A DNA stretch of 64,000 nucleotides from Caldilineaceae bacterium (GTDB lineage Bacteria > Chloroflexota > Anaerolineae > Caldilineales > Caldilineaceae): contig CBDCSD010000001.1 of assembly GCA_965221345.1 (NCBI GenBank), forward strand, positions 1,062,455-1,126,454, read 5' to 3'. Below the pieces are notes generated by a model. It ran no database searches. It was not told where the DNA came from and saw only the letters and a program-made list of their open reading frames with translations. Positions 47,826-56,990 of the stretch are shown piece by piece. Position numbers and translations under genes: made by a program. Each line of letters starts with the position of its first letter. The first letter of the stretch is position 1.

Positions 47826-48049
47826 CAAACAGCAACGCCAGCTTCTGATATGAATACATCCAGAATTGGTTCATCAGTCTCGAATTCTTCGTCCCCGAAC
47901 GTCTCAATGTGAAACTTGATCGCAGAGGTGATGTCGGCTACTGATTCATCGAAGGTATCCCCCTCTCCCACAACAGTGCCCTTCAGACCGACAGGATAGG
48001 CGACATATCCGTCTTTATGCTTTTCGACTATGATTTTCAATAAACGCAT
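47825..48049 (-). CDS. hicB: HicB-like antitoxin (short form)
   Basis: MRLLKIIVEKHKDGYVAYPVGLKGTVVGEGDTFDESVADITSAIKFHIE matches the HicB N-terminal fold pattern. Its stop TGA shares one nt with the hicA ATG (TGATG). Confidence 0.65.
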   Translation of the reverse strand: MRLLKIIVEKHKDGYVAYPVGLKGTVVGEGDTFDESVADITSAIKFHIETFGDEEFETDEPILDVFISEAGVAV

Positions 48050-48175
48050 CTGATAATTCCCCCTCTATATTTCGAGTTGAAATCGTTCGCAAGCGGCGGG
48101 GTTTTCGATGACTACCCTTCGCTGACTGATCTGAATTCGAGCGGTGCAAACTCTACTACTTGACCTTCGAATTCG

Positions 48176-48973
48176 TCATTGCCCGGCAATGATCGGATGA
48201 ATCGCGTGTTCCCAGGGGCCGCCCACCTCCATCTCATCCGCGGCGCCGGCCGCGTCATTGCCTCCTGTAAAGCTGGTATAGTCAGGGATGTAAATGATGG
48301 CAAAGGCCCGCCGCGGCTTGTCGGTGCGGTTCGGGCCGGCGTAATGAAAAGTGCAGCCGTGGTGAAAGGTAACGCCGCCTGCGCGCATCGGCATCGCTAC
48401 CGGTTCAGGCGCGCTATAGCCCTGCTCCTTGAACCGCTCGACCACGCTCTCGCCCTCGGTGGTGAGGCTTATCGGCTCCAGCCTGCCGTGCTTATGCGTG
48501 CCGGGCACGAACTGCAGGCAACCGTTTTCGACGCTGACATCATCCAACGCAATCCAGGCCGACAGCGCGCCGACCGGGTCCATCGGCCAGTAGGGCGCGT
48601 CCTGGTGCCAGTTGGTCTCCTTGCTCACCTGGCCCGGCGGCTTGATCATCGCATGGTCATGGTAGATGCGCACGTGCCGGCAGCGGCTCAACTGGCGCGC
48701 GTACTCGCCCAGACGCACGTCAAACGCGATTTCTTTCGCCTGCGGGTAGTCGGTCCACAAGTTGACCATCTGGTTGAAGACGCGTTCATATTCCTCCGAG
48801 TGGCGACCACCCTTCTCAGCCCCCCGAATGCGCTCGCGCTCGCTGGCGACCGCATCATCCAACGCCTGCCGCAGCGACGCGATCTGTGCCTGCGAAAAAA
48901 AGTCGTGATATTGAATGTAGCCGTTCTGCTGGAAGAACTCTATCTCTGCAGGGTCAACCACTTTCTCCGTCAT
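48176..48973 (-). CDS. PhyH family Fe(II)/2OG oxygenase
   Basis: FFQQNGYIQYHDFF, NWHQDAPYW and GGVTFHHGCTFHYAGPN. Confidence 0.85.
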   Translation of the reverse strand: MTEKVVDPAEIEFFQQNGYIQYHDFFSQAQIASLRQALDDAVASERERIRGAEKGGRHSEEYERVFNQMVNLWTDYPQAKEIAFDVRLGEYARQLSRCRHVRIYHDHAMIKPPGQVSKETNWHQDAPYWPMDPVGALSAWIALDDVSVENGCLQFVPGTHKHGRLEPISLTTEGESVVERFKEQGYSAPEPVAMPMRAGGVTFHHGCTFHYAGPNRTDKPRRAFAIIYIPDYTSFTGGNDAAGAADEMEVGGPWEHAIHPIIAGQ

Positions 48974-49051
48974 CTTCCCATGTCCTGTCTTTGTGGAACC
49001 AATTCCGTCATAGAGTTGTTCTCTCCTGCGCTTTTTCGCCGCCTGTGCCTC

Positions 49052-50263
49052 TCACCGGGCATAGGGATCGGCGGCATCGCGCAGGCCGTCGCCCACAAAG
49101 TTGAAGGCCAGCACCGCGATGACCACCAGTAGCCCCGGCGCGAGCAGCCACGGCGCCAACGCCACCGCCTGCAAGTTCTGCGCCTCACGCAGCAACACGC
49201 CCCAACTGAGAGCCGGCGGCCGCATGCCCAGGCCCAGAAAGCTGAGACTGGTCTCGCTGAGGATCATCGAGGGAACGGCCAAAGTCAGCGAAGCAATAAT
49301 GTGGCTCATGAAGGAGGGCGTCATGTGGCGCACAATGATGCGGCCCTCCGACGCGCCGGCAAAGCGCGCCGCCTGCACAAAATCCTCTTCGCGCAACGAC
49401 AGAAAGCGCCCGCGTACTACCCGTGCCAGCCCGGTCCAGCCGATCAAGGAGAGGATAATAGTGATGGCGAAATAGACCCTCGTCACCGGCCAGTCCTTGG
49501 GAATCGCCGCGCTCAAGGCCAGCCAAAGCGGAATGCTGGGCATGGCCCGAATAAACTCGATAATGCGCTGGATCACTATGTCGGCCGTGCCGCCGTAGTA
49601 GCCGGAGATTCCGCCAAACATAACGCCCAGAACGAAGCTGACGATCACCCCGACCAGCCCGATCGAGGCGGAGATCCTTGTAGCCGCCAGCAAGCGGGAC
49701 AGCACGTCGCGGCCCAACCGGTCCGCGCCTAACAGGAAGACTTCGTCCTCACTGTCTTCGAGTCCAAACAGATGCAGATCGCTCTCTATAAAGCCCCAGA
49801 ACCTATAGGGGTCGCCCTTCACCATGAATTTGATCGGATGTTTTACCGACTTGTCCACTTCATAGATTTTGCGGAAAGTCTCAGGATCGCGCTCGCCCTC
49901 CAGGCCATACACGAAGGGCTGGAAATGGAACCCTTCCTCATCAAAGAATCGCAGTCTCTGCGGCGGCGCGTAAGCCGACTGCACATCGTGGCGCAACGGA
50001 TCGTAGGGCGCCAGAAACTCCCACGTGAGCGCCACCAGATAGAGCAGGATCAGCACGCCGCCGCTCAGCAGCGCCATCCTGTGCCGGCGGAAGCGCCACC
50101 ACATCAGCTGCCGCGGCGAAGCAACAAAAATCTTTTCGCGTTCGCTCGGGACCTCGATAAACTCCGAGTCGTCCGGAAGAATGGTATCCGGCCCCTCCGC
50201 AAGTTCCTGCGTCATGGATTTTCCCCGCACTGATACGGAGTCCGGAGGTCTGCCGCTGGCCAC
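49052..50263 (-). CDS. Peptide/oligosaccharide ABC transporter permease (DppC/OppC-like)
   Basis: Long N-terminal periplasmic loop, then LGADRLGRDVLSRLL and VQAARFAGASEGRIIVRHMTP. The start is uncertain: GTG 50263 or ATG 50215. Confidence 0.85.
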   Translation of the reverse strand: MASGRPPDSVSVRGKSMTQELAEGPDTILPDDSEFIEVPSEREKIFVASPRQLMWWRFRRHRMALLSGGVLILLYLVALTWEFLAPYDPLRHDVQSAYAPPQRLRFFDEEGFHFQPFVYGLEGERDPETFRKIYEVDKSVKHPIKFMVKGDPYRFWGFIESDLHLFGLEDSEDEVFLLGADRLGRDVLSRLLAATRISASIGLVGVIVSFVLGVMFGGISGYYGGTADIVIQRIIEFIRAMPSIPLWLALSAAIPKDWPVTRVYFAITIILSLIGWTGLARVVRGRFLSLREEDFVQAARFAGASEGRIIVRHMTPSFMSHIIASLTLAVPSMILSETSLSFLGLGMRPPALSWGVLLREAQNLQAVALAPWLLAPGLLVVIAVLAFNFVGDGLRDAADPYAR

Positions 50264-50267
50264 CGCT

Positions 50268-51257
50268 TCATTGCGTTTCCATGCGGATACGCGGATCGAG
50301 AACGGCCAACAGCATGTCCGAGATCAACGTGCCGACTACGGTCAGCACGCTCAACATCAACAGGAAGCTGGCCGCCAAATACATGTCCTGCGTCATCAGC
50401 GCTCCCAACAGCATCGGTCCGGTGGTGGGAAGACTTAAGACGACCGACACGATCGTGGCGCCCGAAATCAGATTGGGCAGGGTCCAGCCGACCGTGCTGA
50501 CGAAGGGGTTGAGCGCCACCCGCACCGGGTATTTCCGCACCAGCACCTGCTCTTTCAAACCCTTGGCGCGCGCAGTTTCGACATAGGGCTTGTTCAACTC
50601 GTCCAACAGATTGGCGCGCATGGTGCGGATCATTCCGGCTGTGCCGGACGTGCCCAGGATGATCAGCGGGAGCCACAAGTGGGTAAGCATGTCCCAGAAT
50701 TTGGCCAGGCTCCACGGCGCGGCCCGATACTCTTGAGAGAACAGCCCGCTCAACCGCAGGCCGAACTTGTCGAACGCGTACCACATGATCACCAACGCGA
50801 TCAGGAAATTGGGCAGCCCCAGGCCGATAAAGCCCAGCGTAGTGAAGATGTAGTCGCCAATCGAATACTGGTTGACCGCCGAATAGACGCCGATCAGAAA
50901 GCCCACCACCCAAGTGAAGAGGATGGTAGACAGGCTGATGAAAAAGGTCAGCGCCAGCCTCTCCCAGATGAGCGTCTCGACCGGCACGTTCCACTCAAAG
51001 GAGAAACCGAAGTTGCCGCGCAGGATATTGGTCACCCACTGCAGATAGCGCAAGGGTGCCGGCTTATCGAGGCCGAACTGCTTGCGCAACGACTCGAGCC
51101 GCTCCTTGTCGACGGGGTCGCCGCCGGCCGCAAGGTTGGCAGCGTAGGCGTCCAGGTAGTCGCCCGGCGGCAACTCGATCACTAGAAATGTAACAATGGT
51201 GATAAAGAAAAGTGTCGGTATCAGGAGCAGGATTCTGCGGACGATGAATGCGATCAT
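50268..51257 (-). CDS. Peptide/oligosaccharide ABC transporter permease (DppB/OppB-like)
   Basis: MIAFIVRRILLLIPTLFFITIVTFLVIELPPGDY.. and ARAKGLKEQVLVRKYPVRVAL. ATG 51257. Confidence 0.88.
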   Translation of the reverse strand: MIAFIVRRILLLIPTLFFITIVTFLVIELPPGDYLDAYAANLAAGGDPVDKERLESLRKQFGLDKPAPLRYLQWVTNILRGNFGFSFEWNVPVETLIWERLALTFFISLSTILFTWVVGFLIGVYSAVNQYSIGDYIFTTLGFIGLGLPNFLIALVIMWYAFDKFGLRLSGLFSQEYRAAPWSLAKFWDMLTHLWLPLIILGTSGTAGMIRTMRANLLDELNKPYVETARAKGLKEQVLVRKYPVRVALNPFVSTVGWTLPNLISGATIVSVVLSLPTTGPMLLGALMTQDMYLAASFLLMLSVLTVVGTLISDMLLAVLDPRIRMETQ

Positions 51258-51603
51258 TTCGTTGCTGACTCTGTGTCTGGCCGCCGCCAAGTGTCTGATC
51301 ACCTGGAGTCAGCGGCGGCGAAAGTGTCAGATCGACGAGCCGACACTACGCGAGGCAACCGGCATTATATACAGTGTAGACGGGGAAAAGCAAACGGGTT
51401 GAACGGAAACAGTGATTTCCAGAATAGGGGCGCGCTATCGCGTTAGCGCTGATGGAGGGGCATTTGTCAGGCTAATAATACCGATTTGGTGCTGCCAGCG
51501 CTTGACGACCCTCGCCCGAGCGTCGCACGAGAGATCACGAGAGATCGCGACCCACTGCTCCTTGTCAGCCGCGCTCGCTCTTGGCGGCGGCGCATCCAAC
51601 GGC

Positions 51604-52497
51604 CTAGCCCTTGATGCCGGTCATGACGATACCCTGAATGAAGTAGCGTTGGGCGATGAAGAAAGCGATCATGAGCGGGATGATCGACACAAGCGTCATG
51701 GCCATCAGCGGCCCAAGCCTGACATAGGTGTCGCCGCCTCCCATCTGCGTTTCGAACAAACGCAGACCCAACGCAATGGGAAACAACTTGGAGTCATTCA
51801 GATAAATTAGGGGGGTGATAAAGTTGTTCCAGTTGAATGAAAAGTTCAATATCGCCAGAACGCCGATAACAGGCTTTGACAGGGGCAGGATGATGTGACG
51901 GTAAATGCCAAACCAACTGCAGCCGTCGATTCGCGCCGCCTCATCCAGGTCGGTCGAAATCGTCATGTAGAACTGCCGCATCAGAAAGACGTCATAAGCC
52001 GCCGACAACCATTCCGGCGCCATGATCGGCCAGAATGTATTGACCAAATGTAGACGACTCCAGAACAGATAAGTAGGAATCAGGGTCACCTGCGGCGGCA
52101 GCATCATCGTTGCCAGAAGAACGAAAAAGATGATCGTGCGACCCTTGAACGGAATGCGCGCGAATCCAAAGGCCACCAGTGAATTGGTGATCAGTATGAC
52201 GGCAGTGTTCGTAACCGTGATGAAGATCGTGTTCATGTAGAATAGCAGGAACGGCATCTCCCGCCATGGATCAATGTAGTTTGCCCAGCGCAATTCGGGC
52301 GGAATCCAGACTATGGGGATGCGGTTGATCAGTTCAGGGGATTTCAACGAGGTCGAGATCATCCACAGCAAAGGCGTGGAAAAGATAAACGCTCCCACTG
52401 TTATGACCACATACAGAACGGTGCGACCGGCGATATGCTCAAGCCGGAATCGGCCCTTACCCCGCTGAATGGCTGGCAGCGACTGTCCCCTGATCAT
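51604..52497 (-). CDS. Carbohydrate ABC transporter permease
   Basis: EAARIDGCSWFGIYRHIILPL. ATG 52497 forms an ATGA overlap with the upstream stop. Confidence 0.88.
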   Translation of the reverse strand: MIRGQSLPAIQRGKGRFRLEHIAGRTVLYVVITVGAFIFSTPLLWMISTSLKSPELINRIPIVWIPPELRWANYIDPWREMPFLLFYMNTIFITVTNTAVILITNSLVAFGFARIPFKGRTIIFFVLLATMMLPPQVTLIPTYLFWSRLHLVNTFWPIMAPEWLSAAYDVFLMRQFYMTISTDLDEAARIDGCSWFGIYRHIILPLSKPVIGVLAILNFSFNWNNFITPLIYLNDSKLFPIALGLRLFETQMGGGDTYVRLGPLMAMTLVSIIPLMIAFFIAQRYFIQGIVMTGIKG

Positions 52498-53429
52498 CCT
52501 TTTACTTCTCCCGCGTAGTAGACCCAAGCCTCCGAGCTGCGCACTACCAGCACCGTCAAGAGCATCACGATCGCGAAGAGTACCCAGGCAATGGCCGAAG
52601 CATATCCGAAGTGGAACTGCTGGAATCCCTTGCGGTACAGCAGAAGAACCATCGTCAACGTGGAGTTGTCAGGCCCTCCCGCCGTGATAATGAAAGACTG
52701 TGTAAAGATCTGCCACGCGCCGATAATGCTGATGATAAGATTGAAGTAGATGGTCGGCGTCAGCATCGGCAGCGTGATCCGCCAAAAGCGATGCCAGGCG
52801 TTGGCCCCGTCTATAGAGGCCGCATCGTACAGATCGGTCGGAATCCCCTGCAGACCTGCCAAGTACAGCAGCATATTCCCGCCCGCTGCCCAAACCCCCA
52901 TCAGTATGAAGGCAGGCATCGCCCACGTCGTGGAAAAGAGCCACTTCGGTCCCTCTATCCCCACGAGCGCCAATCCCTGGTTGATCAACCCCCAGCGCGG
53001 CTGGAGCAGATACTTCCACAGGATGGCGACCGCAACGCCCGAAACTATCGAGGGCAGATAATAGACGACGCGATAGACCCCCTGCAACTTGATGCCCTGA
53101 TTCAGCAGCAAAGCGATCACGAGCGAGAAGACGAGCGCAAGCGGCACCATGCCGAAGGCGTAATATGCGGTGACCGAGAGACTCTTCCAGAACAGGGGAT
53201 CGCTGAACAACCTCGTGTAGTTCTTAAGACCGATGAATTCGAAAGTCGTGAAAAAGTCCGTCTTGAAGAGGCTGATCCCAAACGAGGCAAGCATCGCGCC
53301 GGCGTTGAGCGTCAGAAATTTGATGATCCATGGGGAGATAAAGAGGTAGCCTGCAATGTTCATACGGGCTTGCGGCGAAAGGGTAAACCGGCGAGGCGCC
53401 GGCGAACCGCCAGAGACTGCTTGCGCCAT
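52494..53429 (-). CDS. Sugar ABC transporter permease
   Basis: DAASIDGANAWHRFWRITLPML. ATG 53429 with GGGAGGAAC upstream. Confidence 0.88.
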   Translation of the reverse strand: MAQAVSGGSPAPRRFTLSPQARMNIAGYLFISPWIIKFLTLNAGAMLASFGISLFKTDFFTTFEFIGLKNYTRLFSDPLFWKSLSVTAYYAFGMVPLALVFSLVIALLLNQGIKLQGVYRVVYYLPSIVSGVAVAILWKYLLQPRWGLINQGLALVGIEGPKWLFSTTWAMPAFILMGVWAAGGNMLLYLAGLQGIPTDLYDAASIDGANAWHRFWRITLPMLTPTIYFNLIISIIGAWQIFTQSFIITAGGPDNSTLTMVLLLYRKGFQQFHFGYASAIAWVLFAIVMLLTVLVVRSSEAWVYYAGEVKG

Positions 53430-53461
53430 AGTTCCTCCCACTGTGAGGAGAGTGCGAAGAA

Positions 53462-53496
53462 GAGTGAGGAGAGAGAGCAACTCTGTCTCCTCACTC
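53462..53496 (-). promoter_or_regulatory. GA-rich intercistronic stem-loop after the binding-protein gene
   Basis: GAGTGAGGAGAGAGAG - CAA - CTCTGTCTCCTCACTC (15 of 16 pairs, 3-nt loop). CTCACTTTTCG at 53504-53514 abuts the binding-protein stop. Confidence 0.55.
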
Positions 53497-53514
53497 CTGC
53501 TCTCTCACTTTTCG

Positions 53515-54885
53515 TTATTCCAGGCTGGCCTGGTACGCTTCCACCTCCGCGCAAACCTCGATCAAATGGCTCGGATCCTCGTCACCCAGATTGAAGACCC
53601 TCTCCATCGCCGGGCCGATCAGTTCCATCGCCGCGTCGTTGTCCTTGAACCAGATCACATTCTCCAGATAGCCCATTTCCGTCATCTCGGGGATGATTTC
53701 AAGGTGCTTGTCCGCAATCGAGGGGAACTCATCACGGTAGACATCGACCGCCTTGGCCAAGAGGGACTTGCGTATCGGCAGTGAACCTTCCGAACGCAGC
53801 GTGCCCAGTTCCTGGAATACCGGGCCTGCCAGGAAATTGATGAATTCCCACGCTTCGTCAGGATAGCTGCTGCCCTTCCAGATCGACCAGGCATCGGCAT
53901 CGCCCAGCGCATTGCGCTGCACCGGCCCGCTGGGCACGTGTGCGTAGTCCCAGTTTATCTGCTGGCCAACCTGCTCTGACTGCTGCGCCGGCCGCACATT
54001 GAACCAGGGGATGGCTACCCGCCCGGACACGAAGTCGTCGTATGTCCCACTCACGTCCTCCGGTCGGATAAATGGATTCGGCTCCTTGACCCACATGTTC
54101 TCGTACAGCCAGTTCATGGCCTGCTGTGAGGAAGGTTCATCCAGCCAGCAGTCAGTGTCGTCGTTGGGATTGACGTAGTCGCCCCCAAAGCTGCGCAGCC
54201 AGCCGAAGAACTCCGCCGAGGAAGTGGCGATCAGCCGCGTGCCCCAGACGTCGGTCGTGCCGTCGCCGTCGCGATCATGGGTTAGCGCCTCAGCCATATT
54301 CGTGAGTTCTTGCCAGTCCCAGTCCGCGCCAAAGTTGGCAGGATAGTCAACGCCGAACTCATCGAAAACATCCTTGTTGTAGGCCATGCAGCGCACATCA
54401 ATGTACTTGGGCATGCCCACGCGAATGCCCCGGATGCGCAGCCTGGTCCACTGGGCCTCGATAAAGTCGTCCAGATCCTCTTCCGTCAGGTCGCGGTCAA
54501 CGTAGGGCTGGATGTCCAGGATCAGGTCCTTGGCGACCCAGACATAGAAGATGTCGGGCCAGGCCTGGAAGATATCGACCGCATCGCCCGCGATCATCGA
54601 CGTCACCAGCTTGTCCGCCCAGCCGCTTGCAGCTGTCTCAACATTGATATTGATCTGGGGATCCGTATTCTCAGTGAAATTGTCCTTGATAATGTCAGGA
54701 AATACCTCCTGTGCCTTCTGCGAGTGTGGTCGGGACATGAAACGCAGCGTGATGGTTTCTGCGGCGGGCATGTCGTCGCCAGGTGCCATCGTCTGCGCGG
54801 GGACGCAGGCTGCCATGGCAACACCGACAGTTCCTATAGTAGCGCCCTTGAGAATATCGCGGCGCGTTAGCCTCTTTGCATTCAT
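53515..54885 (-). CDS. Extracellular solute-binding protein (CUT1 sugar ABC)
   Basis: 456 aa with MNAKRLTRRDILKGATIGTVGVAMAACVP. Confidence 0.88.
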   Translation of the reverse strand: MNAKRLTRRDILKGATIGTVGVAMAACVPAQTMAPGDDMPAAETITLRFMSRPHSQKAQEVFPDIIKDNFTENTDPQININVETAASGWADKLVTSMIAGDAVDIFQAWPDIFYVWVAKDLILDIQPYVDRDLTEEDLDDFIEAQWTRLRIRGIRVGMPKYIDVRCMAYNKDVFDEFGVDYPANFGADWDWQELTNMAEALTHDRDGDGTTDVWGTRLIATSSAEFFGWLRSFGGDYVNPNDDTDCWLDEPSSQQAMNWLYENMWVKEPNPFIRPEDVSGTYDDFVSGRVAIPWFNVRPAQQSEQVGQQINWDYAHVPSGPVQRNALGDADAWSIWKGSSYPDEAWEFINFLAGPVFQELGTLRSEGSLPIRKSLLAKAVDVYRDEFPSIADKHLEIIPEMTEMGYLENVIWFKDNDAAMELIGPAMERVFNLGDEDPSHLIEVCAEVEAYQASLE

Positions 54886-55073
54886 GCTGTCACCTCCAGT
54901 ACAGGGGGCGAGAAACCTCGCCGTCTGGGTAGTTGGTCTTGCCCAATGGTGTGGGCGAACCGGCCCTCCGCCGCTGTCGGGCGAAAACTAAATACAGACA
55001 CGGGAAACGATTCGCGCAGCAAGCACGTAGACTGCTGTGACCTCTTCCACCCCCTTTCCAATCCTACTGTACA

Positions 55074-56282
55074 TCACTCTTCGCTTCGCACCCGCCCCAC
55101 TGCGTCCCACAAGGCCGCAGCCATATACTCGTTCTCCTCCTCCTTCATGAGCGGGTGCAAGGCCATACAAAATAAGCGCGCGCTGAGTTCATCGGAGTCG
55201 GGCAGTTCCTGGCCGGCAGTCTGCTCACGAAGGAACGTTGAATCCGCATAGACCGCACGGTTGTAGACCCCGCACCCCACCCCGTGTTCTTCATTCATTA
55301 TCTGCATGAGACGGTCGCGCTTCTCCCCGGCCCATTCGCGCGGCACCAGCATCGTGTACAGGTAATAGGTATGTTCATAGCCGGGCGGCTCGTAAGGCAG
55401 CGTCAGTTCGGGAATGCCCCTCAGCAGTTCGTCCCGCTCTTTGGCCGCCTTCACCCGTTGCGCGGTCATCTCGTCAAGACGCCGCAGTTGCACCAGGCCG
55501 ACCGCCGCCTGCACCTTGGTAATCTTGTAATTCGTGCCCCAGCCGTCATGCGCCGATCCAAACTGCCGGATGCCGCGCAACTTGACGGCCATCTCCGCGT
55601 CATCTGTGGTGACAGCCCCGCCTTCGCCCAGCGTGGTCATCAGCTTCATCGTGTGGAAACTGAAAACCGTCATCCAGCCCTTTGCGCCGATCTTGGTACC
55701 TTTGTAACCGCCGGCGCCGGCGCGGGCCGCGTCCCCAACCACCTTGAGTGGGCCATGCTGTGGGTGGGGATGGCGCTCCGCAATCTCCTGCAAAGCATCC
55801 ATGTCCGCCGACAGCCCGTTCATGTGGACGGGGAAGATAGCGCGCGTGCGCGGCGTAATGCGCTTCTCCACGTCTGCCGGGTCCATGTTAAAGGTCCGGG
55901 GATCAACCTCGCACCAGACTACCTGACCGCGCTGTCCGATTACCGCCATCGCCGCCGCCCGGAAGTTGATGGCCGGTACGATCACCTCGTCACCCGGCTC
56001 CAGATCCAGACACATCATTGCCATATCCAGGCCGGTTCCAGCGCCGTTAATCGATATCGCTTCAGCCGCCCCGCAGTACTTGGCAAACCCTTCTTCGAAT
56101 TCCAGGATCTCCGGGCAGATGAAGCCGAAGCCTACCGTAGTAGGATCCATCGAGTCCCGGATCGCCTTGGTGGCAGCTTCCACTTCCTCTTCCGTATACC
56201 ATCCCCCCAGCAGCGGTTCGGCGGGCCAGAACGGCCCCGGTCGTCCCCGGCCGAGAATCTTCTTGCGGCGGCTTTCATCCAT
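55074..56282 (-). CDS. DegT/DnrJ/EryC1/StrS family aminotransferase (sugar aminotransferase/dehydratase type)
   Basis: INGAGTGLDMAMMCLDLEPGDEVIVPAINF and FSFHTMKLMTTLGEGGAVTT (PLP lysine context). Confidence 0.82.
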   Translation of the reverse strand: MDESRRKKILGRGRPGPFWPAEPLLGGWYTEEEVEAATKAIRDSMDPTTVGFGFICPEILEFEEGFAKYCGAAEAISINGAGTGLDMAMMCLDLEPGDEVIVPAINFRAAAMAVIGQRGQVVWCEVDPRTFNMDPADVEKRITPRTRAIFPVHMNGLSADMDALQEIAERHPHPQHGPLKVVGDAARAGAGGYKGTKIGAKGWMTVFSFHTMKLMTTLGEGGAVTTDDAEMAVKLRGIRQFGSAHDGWGTNYKITKVQAAVGLVQLRRLDEMTAQRVKAAKERDELLRGIPELTLPYEPPGYEHTYYLYTMLVPREWAGEKRDRLMQIMNEEHGVGCGVYNRAVYADSTFLREQTAGQELPDSDELSARLFCMALHPLMKEEENEYMAAALWDAVGRVRSEE

Positions 56283-56735
56283 GGTTCTGCACTCTCCTTC
56301 TCGCTTTGGTCACGTTCGCCGTGTGCGCGGCATCGAATCATGCCGAGAATCGTCACGTCTTCGACGTCTCCTGCCGGCGCGCAGGCTACGTAGCGCTGTA
56401 GGTCTCACAACGGAACTGCGCGGTCGCCAGCCTTGAGGCGGCAACACGCAATGGCAAGTGATGTTGGTATCCTGCATGGGAGAGGCACCCTCCTCTTCGG
56501 GAAAGAGCCATCAAGGGAATTTGTGGATATTATAAAATATCATTTTCCCCACTCAAAACGCCTGAAATCAGGGGGATCTATCCCAGATTTGTGGGCAAAC
56601 GCTGTCTGAACCAGGATTCTCGGGATTACAGGAATGTCAGGATTGCAGGCCATGGTTCGACTCACGATCAATCTTTCCGTTTCGGCTGAAAAGGCAGATC
56701 GCACCGGCCCAACAATTTTGGATGCACGACCTGCC

Positions 56736-56990
56736 CAGGGCAATTGCATCAAATTGGGACAAAACCATGTGAGGCTGCCTGAATCGAGAAGGGCGCTCAC
56801 AAGGGGCGCCCTTCTCAGGGCATAACGCCTAGTACTGTGCAGATCGTAGTGCGCTATCGCAAATTCCATACGTCTTTGGCGACTGGAGGCCAGTTTCTTG
56901 GCCGGAAAAAGAAGACAATTGGTAGGGGCGCCCCTTGTGGGCGCCCTTTGTCGGCTATTTTGGCGTCCGAATTAAGATGCGTTTGCCCTG
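56736..56990 (+). mobile_element. Inverted-repeat-bounded hairpin element, copy 2 (no tandem array)
   Basis: Same left arm (CAGGGCAATTGCATCAAATTGGGACAAAACCATGTGAGGCTGCCTGAATCG) and same right arm (GTCGGCTATTTTGGCGTCCGAATTAAGATGCGTTTGCCCTG) as copy 1. It holds two GGGCGCCC-type hairpins, one of them inverted, and about 80 nt of unique interior. Confidence 0.6.

Noticed and set aside
56540-56869. 109-aa minus-strand ORF
   Set aside because: It overlaps copy 2 of the repeat element, with its translation running through the hairpins. Equivalent ORFs over copy 1 (29923..30120, 30150..30353) are just translations of the tandem repeat.
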